Assembly (NCBI GenBank): GCA_964016885.1
Contig: OZ024741.1
Span: 382,726,001 to 382,790,000 of the forward strand
DNA length: 64,000 nt
Source of the DNA: Eledone cirrhosa
Taxonomy: Eukaryota
Direction of reading: 5' to 3'
Position numbers and translations under genes: made by a program. The notes beneath the pieces were generated by a model that did no database searches, was not told the DNA's origin, and saw nothing but the letters and a program-made list of their open reading frames with translations. Positions 51,859-64,000 of this stretch are shown here, one piece after another. The first letter of the stretch is position 1, and each line of letters starts with the position of its first letter.

Positions 51859-54800
51859 CAAAATGTTTATTGTAAACATGCGGAATATTTTCGAATATTC
51901 TATGTCTATATTCACATATATATCGCTATTTCAGAGCATTTATTCCAATTTCTAATTTCTGCCGGACCGGCAACCGCTCTTTCAAACCAGTTCCTGTACA
52001 CAGCTAAGTATTCTATAAGTCTCTAGCTGTGTCATTCTCGATAAAAGCACTGGATATGTAGTCCTGATGATTTCTAACGAGAATGAAACGCGTAGATTAC
52101 TTCCCTTGCTTTTATCGAGAATCTAATTGTAATACGTGACGTATTCTATTCTATAGCGATTAGGTCTTCAAAATGTTTATTGTAAACATGCGGAATATTT
52201 TCGAATATTCTATGTCTATATTCACATATATATCGCTATTTCAGAGCATTTATTCCAATTTCTAATTTCTGCCGGACCGGCAACCGCTCTTTCAAACCAG
52301 TTCCTGTACACAGCTAAGTATTCTATAAGTCTCTAGCTGTGTCATTCTCGATAAAAGCACTGGATATGTAGTCCTGATGATTTCTAACGAGAATGAAACG
52401 CGTAGATTACTTCCCTTGCTTTTATCGAGAATCTAATTGTAATACGTGACGTATTCTATTCTATAGCGATTAGGTCTTCAAAATGTTTATTGTAAACATG
52501 CGGAATATTTTCGAATATTCTATGTCTATATTCACATATATATCGCTATTTCAGAGCATTTATTCCAATTTCTAATTTCTGCCGGACCGGCAACCGCTCT
52601 TTCAAACCAGTTCCTGTACACAGCTAAGTATTCTATAAGTCTCTAGCTGTGTCATTCTCGATAAAAGCACTGGATATGTAGTCCTGATGATTTCTAACGA
52701 GAATGAAACGCGTAGATTACTTCCCTTGCTTTTATCGAGAATCTAATTGTAATACGTGACGTATTCTATTCTATAGCGATTAGGTCTTCAAAATGTTTAT
52801 TGTAAACATGCGGAATATTTTCGAATATTCTATGTCTATATTCACATATATATCGCTATTTCAGAGCATTTATTCCAATTTCTAATTTCTGCCGGACCGG
52901 CAACCGCTCTTTCAAACCAGTTCCTGTACACAGCTAAGTATTCTATAAGTCTCTAGCTGTGTCATTCTCGATAAAAGCACTGGATATGTAGTCCTGATGA
53001 TTTCTAACGAGAATGAAACGCGTAGATTACTTCCCTTGCTTTTATCGAGAATCTAATTGTAATACGTGACGTATTCTATTCTATAGCGATTAGGTCTTCA
53101 AAATGTTTATTGTAAACATGCGGAATATTTTCGAATATTCTATGTCTATATTCACATATATATCGCTATTTCAGAGCATTTATTCCAATTTCTAATTTCT
53201 GCCGGACCGGCAACCGCTCTTTCAAACCAGTTCCTGTACACAGCTAAGTATTCTATAAGTCTCTAGCTGTGTCATTCTCGATAAAAGCACTGGATATGTA
53301 GTCCTGATGATTTCTAACGAGAATGAAACGCGTAGATTACTTCCCTTGCTTTTATCGAGAATCTAATTGTAATACGTGACGTATTCTATTCTATAGCGAT
53401 TAGGTCTTCAAAATGTTTATTGTAAACATGCGGAATATTTTCGAATATTCTATGTCTATATTCACATATATATCGCTATTTCAGAGCATTTATTCCAATT
53501 TCTAATTTCTGCCGGACCGGCAACCGCTCTTTCAAACCAGTTCCTGTACACAGCTAAGTATTCTATAAGTCTCTAGCTGTGTCATTCTCGATAAAAGCAC
53601 TGGATATGTAGTCCTGATGATTTCTAACGAGAATGAAACGCGTAGATTACTTCCCTTGCTTTTATCGAGAATCTAATTGTAATACGTGACGTATTCTATT
53701 CTATAGCGATTAGGTCTTCAAAATGTTTATTGTAAACATGCGGAATATTTTCGAATATTCTATGTCTATATTCACATATATATCGCTATTTCAGAGCATT
53801 TATTCCAATTTCTAATTTCTGCCGGACCGGCAACCGCTCTTTCAAACCAGTTCCTGTACACAGCTAAGTATTCTATAAGTCTCTAGCTGTGTCATTCTCG
53901 ATAAAAGCACTGGATATGTAGTCCTGATGATTTCTAACGAGAATGAAACGCGTAGATTACTTCCCTTGCTTTTATCGAGAATCTAATTGTAATACGTGAC
54001 GTATTCTATTCTATAGCGATTAGGTCTTCAAAATGTTTATTGTAAACATGCGGAATATTTTCGAATATTCTATGTCTATATTCACATATATATCGCTATT
54101 TCAGAGCATTTATTCCAATTTCTAATTTCTGCCGGACCGGCAACCGCTCTTTCAAACCAGTTCCTGTACACAGCTAAGTATTCTATAAGTCTCTAGCTGT
54201 GTCATTCTCGATAAAAGCACTGGATATGTAGTCCTGATGATTTCTAACGAGAATGAAACGCGTAGATTACTTCCCTTGCTTTTATCGAGAATCTAATTGT
54301 AATACGTGACGTATTCTATTCTATAGCGATTAGGTCTTCAAAATGTTTATTGTAAACATGCGGAATATTTTCGAATATTCTATGTCTATATTCACATATA
54401 TATCGCTATTTCAGAGCATTTATTCCAATTTCTAATTTCTGCCGGACCGGCAACCGCTCTTTCAAACCAGTTCCTGTACACAGCTAAGTATTCTATAAGT
54501 CTCTAGCTGTGTCATTCTCGATAAAAGCACTGGATATGTAGTCCTGATGATTTCTAACGAGAATGAAACGCGTAGATTACTTCCCTTGCTTTTATCGAGA
54601 ATCTAATTGTAATACGTGACGTATTCTATTCTATAGCGATTAGGTCTTCAAAATGTTTATTGTAAACATGCGGAATATTTTCGAATATTCTATGTCTATA
54701 TTCACATATATATCGCTATTTCAGAGCATTTATTCCAATTTCTAATTTCTGCCGGACCGGCAACCGCTCTTTCAAACCAGTTCCTGTACACAGCTAAGTA

Positions 54801-55351
54801 TTCTATAAGTCTCTAGCTGTGTCATTCTCGATAAAAGCACTGGATATGTAGTCCTGATGATTTCTAACGAGAATGAAACGCGTAGATTACTTCCCTTGCT
54901 TTTATCGAGAATCTAATTGTAATACGTGACGTATTCTATTCTATAGCGATTAGGTCTTCAAAATGTTTATTGTAAACATGCGGAATATTTTCGAATATTC
55001 TATGTCTATATTCACATATATATCGCTATTTCAGAGCATTTATTCCAATTTCTAATTTCTGCCGGACCGGCAACCGCTCTTTCAAACCAGTTCCTGTACA
55101 CAGCTAAGTATTCTATAAGTCTCTAGCTGTGTCATTCTCGATAAAAGCACTGGATATGTAGTCCTGATGATTTCTAACGAGAATGAAACGCGTAGATTAC
55201 TTCCCTTGCTTTTATCGAGAATCTAATTGTAATACGTGACGTATTCTATTCTATAGCGATTAGGTCTTCAAAATGTTTATTGTAAACATGCGGAATATTT
55301 TCGAATATTCTGTCTATATTCACATATATATCGCTATTTCAGAGCATTTAT

Positions 55352-55357
<6 letters not shown>
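51859..55357 (+). repeat. 310 bp retrozyme-like tandem array, right arm, inverted (11 full copies plus partial)
   Basis: aaatgtttat at 51861 + 310n up to 55271. Copies appear identical. Confidence 0.95.
52058..52100 (+). ncRNA. Minimal type I hammerhead ribozyme (repeated every 310 bp to 55158-55200; 15 copies in total)
   Basis: GUAGUC-CUGAUGA-u-UUCU aacg AGAA-u-GAAA-CGCG-UA-GAUUAC, flanked by a perfect 16 bp inverted repeat attctcgataaaagca/tgcttttatcgagaat. Confidence 0.92.
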
Positions 55358-55448
<91 letters not shown>

Positions 55449-55591
55449 GAGTATATGTCGGTTGTATACCAACACCTCAGTATGCAGGCTGGAGCACTCA
55501 ATGGAGTGATCAGGTTGGTTTGGTAACTGCGGAGTAATGTAAAATAATGTAAAATAAAAAGTCAAATGTTTAAAATTTAGCTTCGTTTATT

Positions 55592-55648
55592 ACTGCTATA
55601 TATATATTTCGGTGACAGTCATCTTTCGCTGTGACCTCTTCAGGCAGT
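55592..55648 (-). ncRNA. Type I hammerhead ribozyme in Naiad pLTR (copies 60380-60432 plus, ~47083-47135 minus)
   Basis: ACUGC-CUGAAGA-GGUCACAG..CUGUCACC-GAAA-UAUAUAUA-UA-GCAGU. Confidence 0.8.
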
Positions 55649-56889
55649 CCGAATTAGTGTTGTATAGACAATACATATGTTGTTTAGGTGTATAATTTTG
55701 TCAATACTCTGATATGCCCAGTTCCTGGTTGGGTTGTTTTTTCACTGAGGAACTGGAATCATATGAATTCAAACAAACGAATTCAGTGTTAAAGGGCCTC
55801 TTCTCCTCTCATTGCTCAGTTGTTAGAACATTCCTCATTCAAAAATCTATAGAAGTTCGTTCTGAGGCAAGCCAATCTGTAGTTGTTGTTCTTGTTATTG
55901 TTAGGTACATCTGACCTCAATTCTTGTGTTGGTAGTGTTGTTATTGTTGGAGTTAGCTTAACAAATTGATAAAGTGGTAGAAGGAACAAGGTGGCAAAGG
56001 ATCAAAATAACAAAAAATGTCAACCTTCCCATTGGTCAGTCTGAGAGTATTCCTCAGTCAGAAGTCTATAGAAATTATTTCTGGTGTGAGGCTCCCTGTA
56101 CTGTTTTGTTTGCTATTGTTAAGTACATTTGTTCTCTACTATTATTTCGGTAGTGTTGTTGGTGTTGTGGTCAGCTTATGTCTTGCTGCTGCTGACAATT
56201 TAGAAGTATCTGTGTGTTATTTTTCTTCGTCCCTTCTGCCATCATCTCCCGTGGTGCTGGTGGTGGGGCGGTTCTTCCATGTATATGAAGAAATATAAGG
56301 CAATAAATGAAGAAAACAGAAAACTTGAAGAAAACAGAAAATAAATAATAAATAGAGAATAAAGAATAAATGAAAATTTGGTGAAAAAGTAATGAAAATG
56401 AATATGGAGAAGTGAAAAATAAAGTGTGTGTGTCCTATAACCAATCTCAAGGTCAGAAATATGTTGGATAGATTGGTATGAGGAACAAGATGTTAAAATA
56501 ATAACATAATAAGATAATAAAACAAAATGTCTTTGTGTTATAATCAATCTCAACTTAAAAATAAATATAAGGTGAAGAGAACAGAAAACAAATAAATTAA
56601 TAAAGAGAAATCAAGAATTAAAATTGGAAATTGAAAATCAGAAATCAAGTAAATTAAAATGTGTCTATGTTATATAGTCGTTGGCCAATTTATAATGGCT
56701 GTGTCCGATTCAATCTCTAGGCTATCATGGTGTCTGCTCAGCCTGGGTTGTTCCCTATGGCTTGAGGGGAGTTCACAAACTAGGGTGTTGTTACTGCCCA
56801 TATAGCTTGAGGGAAGTCTGGCCGAGAGGTGTCTACATGTTCTGGAGAAGTCCCTATAGCTTGAGGGGAGTTCACATCTTCTTGTGTTG

Positions 56890-59561
56890 CTACTGTCCAT
56901 ATATATTGAGGAAGGTCCCGGCTCTAAGGTGTCTGCATGTCCCGAAGAAGTCGGTTTTGAGGTTTATCAGGCCGCTTCCACCTCTTAGTATCCCGAGGCT
57001 CTCGTTCAGACATAGTTTGCATATGCAAGATCCCCCTTTATCGGGTGGTACTTTCCTGATGATGTACCAGGCCAGAGAGTACGGGGTCCTGTCCAGCTTA
57101 AGCTTCCAGATCAGGTCGGAGAGAGTCGTGCTTTTCCTTTTGGCCTCCTTATTGAATGAATGGCGATGGTTGAACCAGCGTTCTTTAAAGCTCGTTGATG
57201 TGGCTCCTATGTAGAGGTGTTCGGATTTGGGGTTTTTAACCCTACAACCGTATACTAGGTTCTTCTTAAGGCATTCATTAACAAGGGGGCATGATTCGGG
57301 GTTTCTGCAGTTGCAGAGCGTGGTCGACCTCTGCGTGCGTAGATTGGGGTTCCCGTTAGGTGTTACATGGTGGTCTTCCCCCAGGCATGGTGGGGGGTCC
57401 CTGGGTCTATTTGCGTTTTTTGGGTGCGCCCTGGGTCCCCCTTTCCCTCCTTTCACATTGTTCTGCTGAGTGCTTGTATTGCCATCTTCCGGTTGTGTGT
57501 GGTTTTTGAGCGTACTCCTGTTGATGCTAGCTATGTGTTGGGCCAGATTTCTCGTGGTGGAATACGAGAGCTTCACAGTGTGTCTGTGGTATCTATGGTC
57601 CCACGGGAAGCATTTATCAAGTGCACCAAAGAATGATCGGGCCAAGCTGTTCTTTAGGGCCGCTGAGTAGGGTGGGTTCTACCACGTGATTTTTCTGTGT
57701 CTCCTCCTATATGTGTGGGCCGGGGGCGTCGTGATTTGTTGGAGATTTGTTGGGTTGCTGGTGGTTCCCGCACTGTTGCTTCCTCTTTGGGCGCTATGCT
57801 TTTTGTTATCTTCACGGCCCGAATCTGTGGGGTGGTCTTTGCCCGCGCTGGGAGATCTATCGTTGGGTGGTGCCCCGTTCCCCCGTACGTGTTCTGCGGT
57901 TGGGGTCGTCGGTCCTGGGGTGGTTAGCGTCACCCCTGAGACTGCTACTCATATTGGGCTTCATCTCGTGGTTAAGCGTACTAGTCACCAACGCCCGTGT
58001 GGTGGTGTCGGACACATGGTGCCTATTTGTTTCTGCTCTGCCTCTATTGTTAGGGTCCCCCCCTCCCGGGAAACGCAGGTGTGGGTGTCCGTTGGGCCAT
58101 CCCCATCCCGGCGTTTCGGACTATATGTTATATTTTGGCCATGTACCGCCTTATTTAGAGCTGCGTTGTAATATTCCGCGTAGTTATTGAATATTTCCTT
58201 ACTTGAGTACAGGCTGGAGATCCTGTCCGAGACACTCATTACCACTGCCTTAGTTATGGATCTAGGGTGGTTTGATTTGGCGTTAACATATACGAGTTTC
58301 TCGTTGGGCTTGTGGTAGGGGTAGTATTGTTCGGTGTTCAGGTTTCGGGTGGTGTCTATGAAGTTAACTACCTTCCTATTTGGGTGGAAGTTCTATACTG
58401 AGCCCCTGGTTCTTAAATAAATGGCAAATACGCCTCCTCATTCCCTCCAACATATTAATGATGTGGTCATATACTGTAAATAGAGCATCATCACGATATA
58501 ATCCGCTGCCCAGGTAGGGGATTTCATCTTTTATCTGCTTCAGCAGGTAGAGCCCAACAAGGTCCGTTACCTGTGCTGAGTCGCGGGAGCCCATCGTGAT
58601 GTCTAAGTTATTTGGCCAATCACTCCTGGTCCAAAGGTCTCCATAGAAACGGATTAAGGTCTTTCCTGCGGCGTGGATGATGCTCACCTCCTCTCGGGTT
58701 AGGTCCGTATTGGACATCGCTAAACATAGGGCCTTATTAAGTACTGTGGGTTAGATTGAGGAGTAGTAGCTTGCGATGTCCAGTTGTATAAAGCTGGCCT
58801 TACTTTTCTCATGCAGTATCTTAAACCATTCTATTACTTCTCCCGTGCATGACCATTGCTGTAATTTAGTTTTCTTCCGAAGCTTGGACAAAATCCTATC
58901 CAGTATTCTTTTACTGACGATCCCTAGGTCAGATCTAGAGGGGGCTATTAGTCTGACAGGGAAGTCGGACTCAAAGTTTGGCTTGTGATCTTTAAGGGTA
59001 ATCCGCGGCTCCCTTGGTTGGTATGGGGCCGTCCTGTCCTCTAGGCCGAGTCTGGATATAATCCTGTAAGCTGTGGCATTTATCTCACCCAGGGTAAATC
59101 CAGGTGTTTATTTGTAGCACTTCCTCAGTTCCCTGAGAATTAGCTTATTGTACAGTTCAGTGTTCATGTTGTAGAGGTTGTTTGTTTTGTCAGCATGTAC
59201 AAGTATTCCAGTTGTCTCTTTAAGTACTGTAATCCGGTTTCTCAGGTCTCTGAGGTATTCCTGACGTCTGGTTGGGTTTCCGGAGAATTTAATGTTGGAT
59301 ATGATGTTAATCATCTCGTTTTCAAACTCCTCCATTAGTCTGTTGTGTGTGTGCGGGGGGGGGGGGATTCCTCCTTGATCGAAAAAGGTACTCCATGTTT
59401 CGTGTGTTGGTAATTTTTTGCGTTCCTCTTTCGAAGTGGAACGCTTTCCATCTCATCCTACGGATGAGGGAGTCCGTACTCTTGATGAGATCACTGGTGT
59501 ATTCTCGTTTGTCAGGTAGGGGGATGTCCTTCAGTGACGCTAAGGTTACCAGTTTATCCAT
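56890..59561 (-). pseudogene. Naiad-type RT plus GIY-YIG ORF with a few frameshifts and stops
   Basis: SLKDIP..IRRMRWKAF; HADKTNNLY; KDHKPNF; DITMGSRDSAQVTDLVG; GLYRDD; RKITW; CNCRNPESCPLVNEC..VYGC..YIGATSTSFKERWFNHRHSF..CKLCLNE..CRH. Confidence 0.92.
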
Positions 59562-60476
59562 AGTGACTTAAGTCCCCTACTGTTTGAAGCGCTCAACCCG
59601 TGTGGGAGCTAGATATATTTTGAGTATATGTTGGTTGTATACCAACACTTCAGTATGCAGGCTATTCTCTATTTATTATTTATTTTCTGTTTTCTTCATG
59701 TTTTCTGTTTTCTTCATTTATTACCTTATATTTCTTCATATACATGGAAGAACAGCCTCACCACCAGCACCACGGGAGATGGTGGCAGGAGCGACGAAGA
59801 AAAGACACACACAGATACTTCTAAATTGTCAGCAGCAGCAAGACATAAGCTGACCACAACACCAACAACACTACCGAAATAATGGTAGAGGTCAAATGTA
59901 CGTAACAATAGCAAACAAAAACAGTACAGGGAGCCTCGCCCCAGAAAGAATATCTATAGACTTCTGACTGAGGAATGCTCTCAAAACTGACCAATGGGAA
60001 GGTTGACATTTTTTTGTTGTTTTCTTCCATCACCACCTTGTTCCTTCTACCACTTTATCAATTTTTTAAGCTAACTCCAACAATAACAACACTACCAACA
60101 CAAGAATTGAGGACAGATGTAACTAACAATAACAAGAACAACAACTACAGATTGGCTTGCCTCAGAACGAACTTCTATAGACTTTTGAATGAGGAATATT
60201 CTAACAACTGAGCAATGAGAGGAGAAGAGGCCCTTTGACGTTGAAATTCGTTTGTTTGAATTCATATGATTCCAGTTCCTCAGTGAGATAACAACCCAAC
60301 CAGGAACTGGGCATATCGGAGTATTGACAATATTATACACCTAAACAACATATGTATTTTCCATACGACACTAATTCAGACTGCCTGAAGAGGTCACAGC
60401 CAAAGATGGCTGTTACCGATATATATCGCAGTAATGAACCGAGCTAAATTTAAAACATTTGAGTTTTTATTTTACC

Positions 60477-60569
<93 letters not shown>

Positions 60570-60572
60570 TAC

Positions 60573-60833
<261 letters not shown>

Positions 60834-61534
60834 TTTATTAAAATAACAGATTAAAGCTTAAGCAAAGAATCGCTGCTTTCACCCTTAATGGCATCTTCTG
60901 GAACTATAAAAAATCAATCTGTAAACGCAGAAGTGAATATTTTGAAAAACGTTGCAACCGAAGGAAAACAGGAAGACGATACTTTGGTTCGTGAAGTCGT
61001 TCCCTGCAATGAACGGAAAAAAGCGAAGATAATATGTCGTTATGTGGAACTATGAGAGATATAAATAAATAAATAAATAAGTATACAAGTACAATAAGAA
61101 CAAACACATATAAACAAACACTAGTAAACAAAGATAGAATACAACAACCAAAACACATACACTAAAACGCGAACACACACACCAGACATTATACACACAC
61201 GCAAACGCATGCGCAGAGACGGAGACAAGAATAAATAAATAAATAAAATAAAAACAGGCGTAGACATTACGATACCATACAATAGGAGGGAACATAATAG
61301 TACAACTGATGATGTTGCGGATGTGCAACGAAAGAACTTTGATAGAATATATATATATATATTTATATCTGTATTTTTAACCGTCGGTCAGTCAATGATA
61401 AACGTTGATTGCCAAATAAATTAACTTACGGAGATATAAAAGATAGAGAGCGAAAAAAAACCAAACACTGTGTGTGTTCTGTAATTATTTTTGGCAAAAT
61501 TATATTACAACAATATGACCCTTATCAAGTATAA

Positions 61535-61632
<98 letters not shown>

Positions 61633-62149
61633 AGAAGCAAAAAATTGCTTATTGTGATCCAGTTTTTGGTTAAGAAAGCCAGTTTCATGGATGGTTTCAA
61701 CGTACAGTTAGGGGTAACTCCATAAGTTTGTAAGAATTCCGTTCAATCTTGGAGTATAAAGTATAACAGAGAAAACACAGGTAAGCATTAAGCGAAGGAT
61801 TTTATCCAGGTATTTACGACCGTTTCATTGGTAAGTGCAACCTTATATTGCTATACTGCAAATAGCAGCCACTCAATTATAATTGTTGTTCACAGTCCAA
61901 ATTTTCAAAATAGTAAGTAAGTTACTCTTGAAATAATTCTTAATATATAGAGAAAAACATTTATTTGGAATTGTATTTACTAGTATATAGAGAGAGGATT
62001 CAGAAGGTGAGGGGACAGACGGAATAGTATAGAGAGAGAGGAAGGGGGAAGAGGTAGGAAGTAGTGTTTTCTCTTTTATACTATATATATATATATATAT
62101 AATCTCTATTACACTTGCATTTCTGATTTGCCTACCTGTTGAGTCATTT

Positions 62150-64000
62150 CTATGTTTAGATTTTTACGTTTTCTATATTACCATTATGTCAAAATATACA
62201 CGGCAAACATATTAAAACAGGTAAATAATTTTCTACTAAACAAAACACAACCAGAACGTCTAAAATGCACATTAACAGTCAATATGAAAAAAATAACATA
62301 TAAGAAAATTAACGAACTTTACAACCAGAAACGCGTTAATATTAAGGAATTTCAAAATCTCACCACTCCAAACGAGATAAATAGAAACATGAACATCATT
62401 CGACATGATACAAAATATGCTTAAAACGAATGCAATAAACATTTCAATGAGAAATTAAGATGGTTGAAGGAGAAAAAACAACAAGAAAAGAGAAAAGAAA
62501 GCTCAGAAAAATACCCTGACAAGATCGACAATATCTATATGACAGATGTCGTATAACCTATAGAATTTACCAAAGACCAGACACTAAATATATATGGTAA
62601 CACTACAACCAGTGAACGTGAACAACATATTCTACATCCCCCACCAACATTTACAATATACAAGAATATAAACTCAGTAGAATGCATGTCAGTGGTAGAA
62701 AAATGTTTCACGAAAATACGTTAGAATGAAAAAATAAATAACAACAATACGGACAACAACAATAATAACGAAAGTAGTTATATAAAAAATAACTTTGACT
62801 ATAGAAATAACAGCTATAATAATAATTGTTTCTACTTTTAGGCACATGGCCAGCAATTACCCAGTGCCTTACTGGTACTTTATTTTATCGACCTCGTAAG
62901 GATGAAAGGCAAAGTCAACCTCGGCGGGATTTGAACTCAGATCGTAAAGGGAGGTAACTATGCTGGAAAGCATGGCGTCCGACCCTCTACCGATACTGCC
63001 AATCCACCTCCATCAGCTATAATAATAATAGTCATAACAATAACAATAGCAGGAGAGATGAAAATAATAATAGTTATAGAGATAGCATGAACAACAACAA
63101 CGATAATATTAGAAATAGCAGCAGCTGAAATGTTAACGATAGACAGGATAACAACAACAACAACAATAATAATAATGGAAATAGCAGGAGCAGCAACGTA
63201 AACGATAGACGAAACAACAACAAAAATAACAATAGAGAAAACAACAATACATTTAACAATAATAATAATGGCAACGGTAGGAGCAACAACAACCATAATG
63301 ACAATAATTGTAGCACACACAACAATGACAAAAGATTTAATGAAAACGCCTTAGAGAACCTATTCTTCAACCCCTTTGACAAAACATACAGAATGAACCA
63401 AATTTATCCCACTAAATTACCTTTTAATAAAAGAGTTTGTGTACCACAACAAATAGATGACGAAACAGAGGCGCAGTTTCCCATAGCTAGACATAAACTT
63501 AGACAGGTAGTAGACCAATATACTAAGAGACAAAGCAGACCAGAAATCCAACAACTTGGAAGGAAACCTGTAGTAGGCCTACTTAGCCTCAAGCAGCGCA
63601 CAAGGGATGGTGAGGTAATGTGTCTACCCACAGATAAATCTGGTAGGATGTCAATAGACAACATGCTAGACTATATCAAGGCTACGCAACCCCACATCAT
63701 CAACATGATCGAAATAACACAACAAAAACATGAGGAGAGAGAGAGGATTCTCACCGCTCAGATGATGAGGTGAACCGACATCCTAAAACCAGGCAGACGC
63801 ACTGCCAACAAATTCCAAGCGTCTAACAATGACATATCACTCTTGTATGGGCTCCGCAAAGACCATAAGACAGTCGACGCCCCGACGACAGGACCACCAA
63901 CAAGACCTGTATGCGGAGCCAATATTTCTAGCAAATACAGGATCTCCTACTTTCTCTAGATGGTTGTACGCCCCATAATTAAGATGTCCCCAGATATATG
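62150..64000 (+). pseudogene. Another decayed PLE ORF (N-terminus and RT start), interrupted by a SINE and (AAC/AAT)n, running off the window
   Basis: GEVMCLPTDKSGRMSI..Y; LYGLRKDHK..GPPTRPVCGA..S.Y.ISYFL are PLE RT N-terminal motifs. Confidence 0.75.
62818..63012 (-). mobile_element. tRNA-derived SINE (same family) inserted in an (AAT)n tract
   Basis: ggcacatggccagc..gatgaaaggcaaagtcaacctcggcgggatttgaactcag..accgatactgccaatcc. Confidence 0.88.

Larger units (their letters stand above)
55441..60480 (-). mobile_element. Full-length-architecture Naiad-type PLE: 3' pLTR 55441-56360, short direct 5' pLTR 59610-59663, inverted pLTR 59664-60480
   Basis: 55443-55490 = 59617-59663 (direct). 55550-56360 is the reverse complement of 59664-60480. 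Microsatellite-flanked. Confidence 0.9.

Noticed and set aside
47451-55357. CRISPR array or prokaryotic repeat system
   Set aside because: The monomers are fully repeated with no unique spacers, there are no cas genes, and the context is eukaryotic.
50563-55357. 5S rRNA, tRNA, snRNA or spliced-leader tandem cluster
   Set aside because: I recognised no 5S, tRNA or snRNA sequence. The HHR and inversion explain the array better.

Overview
AT-rich eukaryotic (metazoan) DNA dominated by (TA)n/(CA)n microsatellites and retroelements. The SINE families resemble those of Octopus; this assignment is an inference. No intact host gene is certain, only 2-3 candidate minus-strand exons at about 9.4-14.6 kb. 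Autonomous-type elements are several Penelope-like elements (PLEs: four Naiad-type copies or fragments, one Neptune/Nematis-like copy and one further PLE running off the end), a decayed L1/Tx1 LINE and two RTE LINE fragments. The main observation is that most non-coding 'islands' between (TA)n runs fold by eye into type I hammerhead ribozymes (HHRs), in about 17 sequence families. Several have non-canonical cores: U3:A8 UUGAUAA, UUGAGGA, CAGAAGA, CGGAUGA and CCGUCGA. Two long tandem arrays carry one HHR per monomer: 5 x 610 bp, and a head-to-head 4+11 x 310 bp array. They look like retrozyme-like, rolling-circle-amplified non-autonomous elements targeted to TA microsatellites and probably mobilised by the neighbouring Naiad PLEs. 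All folds were deduced manually and none was computed or assayed.
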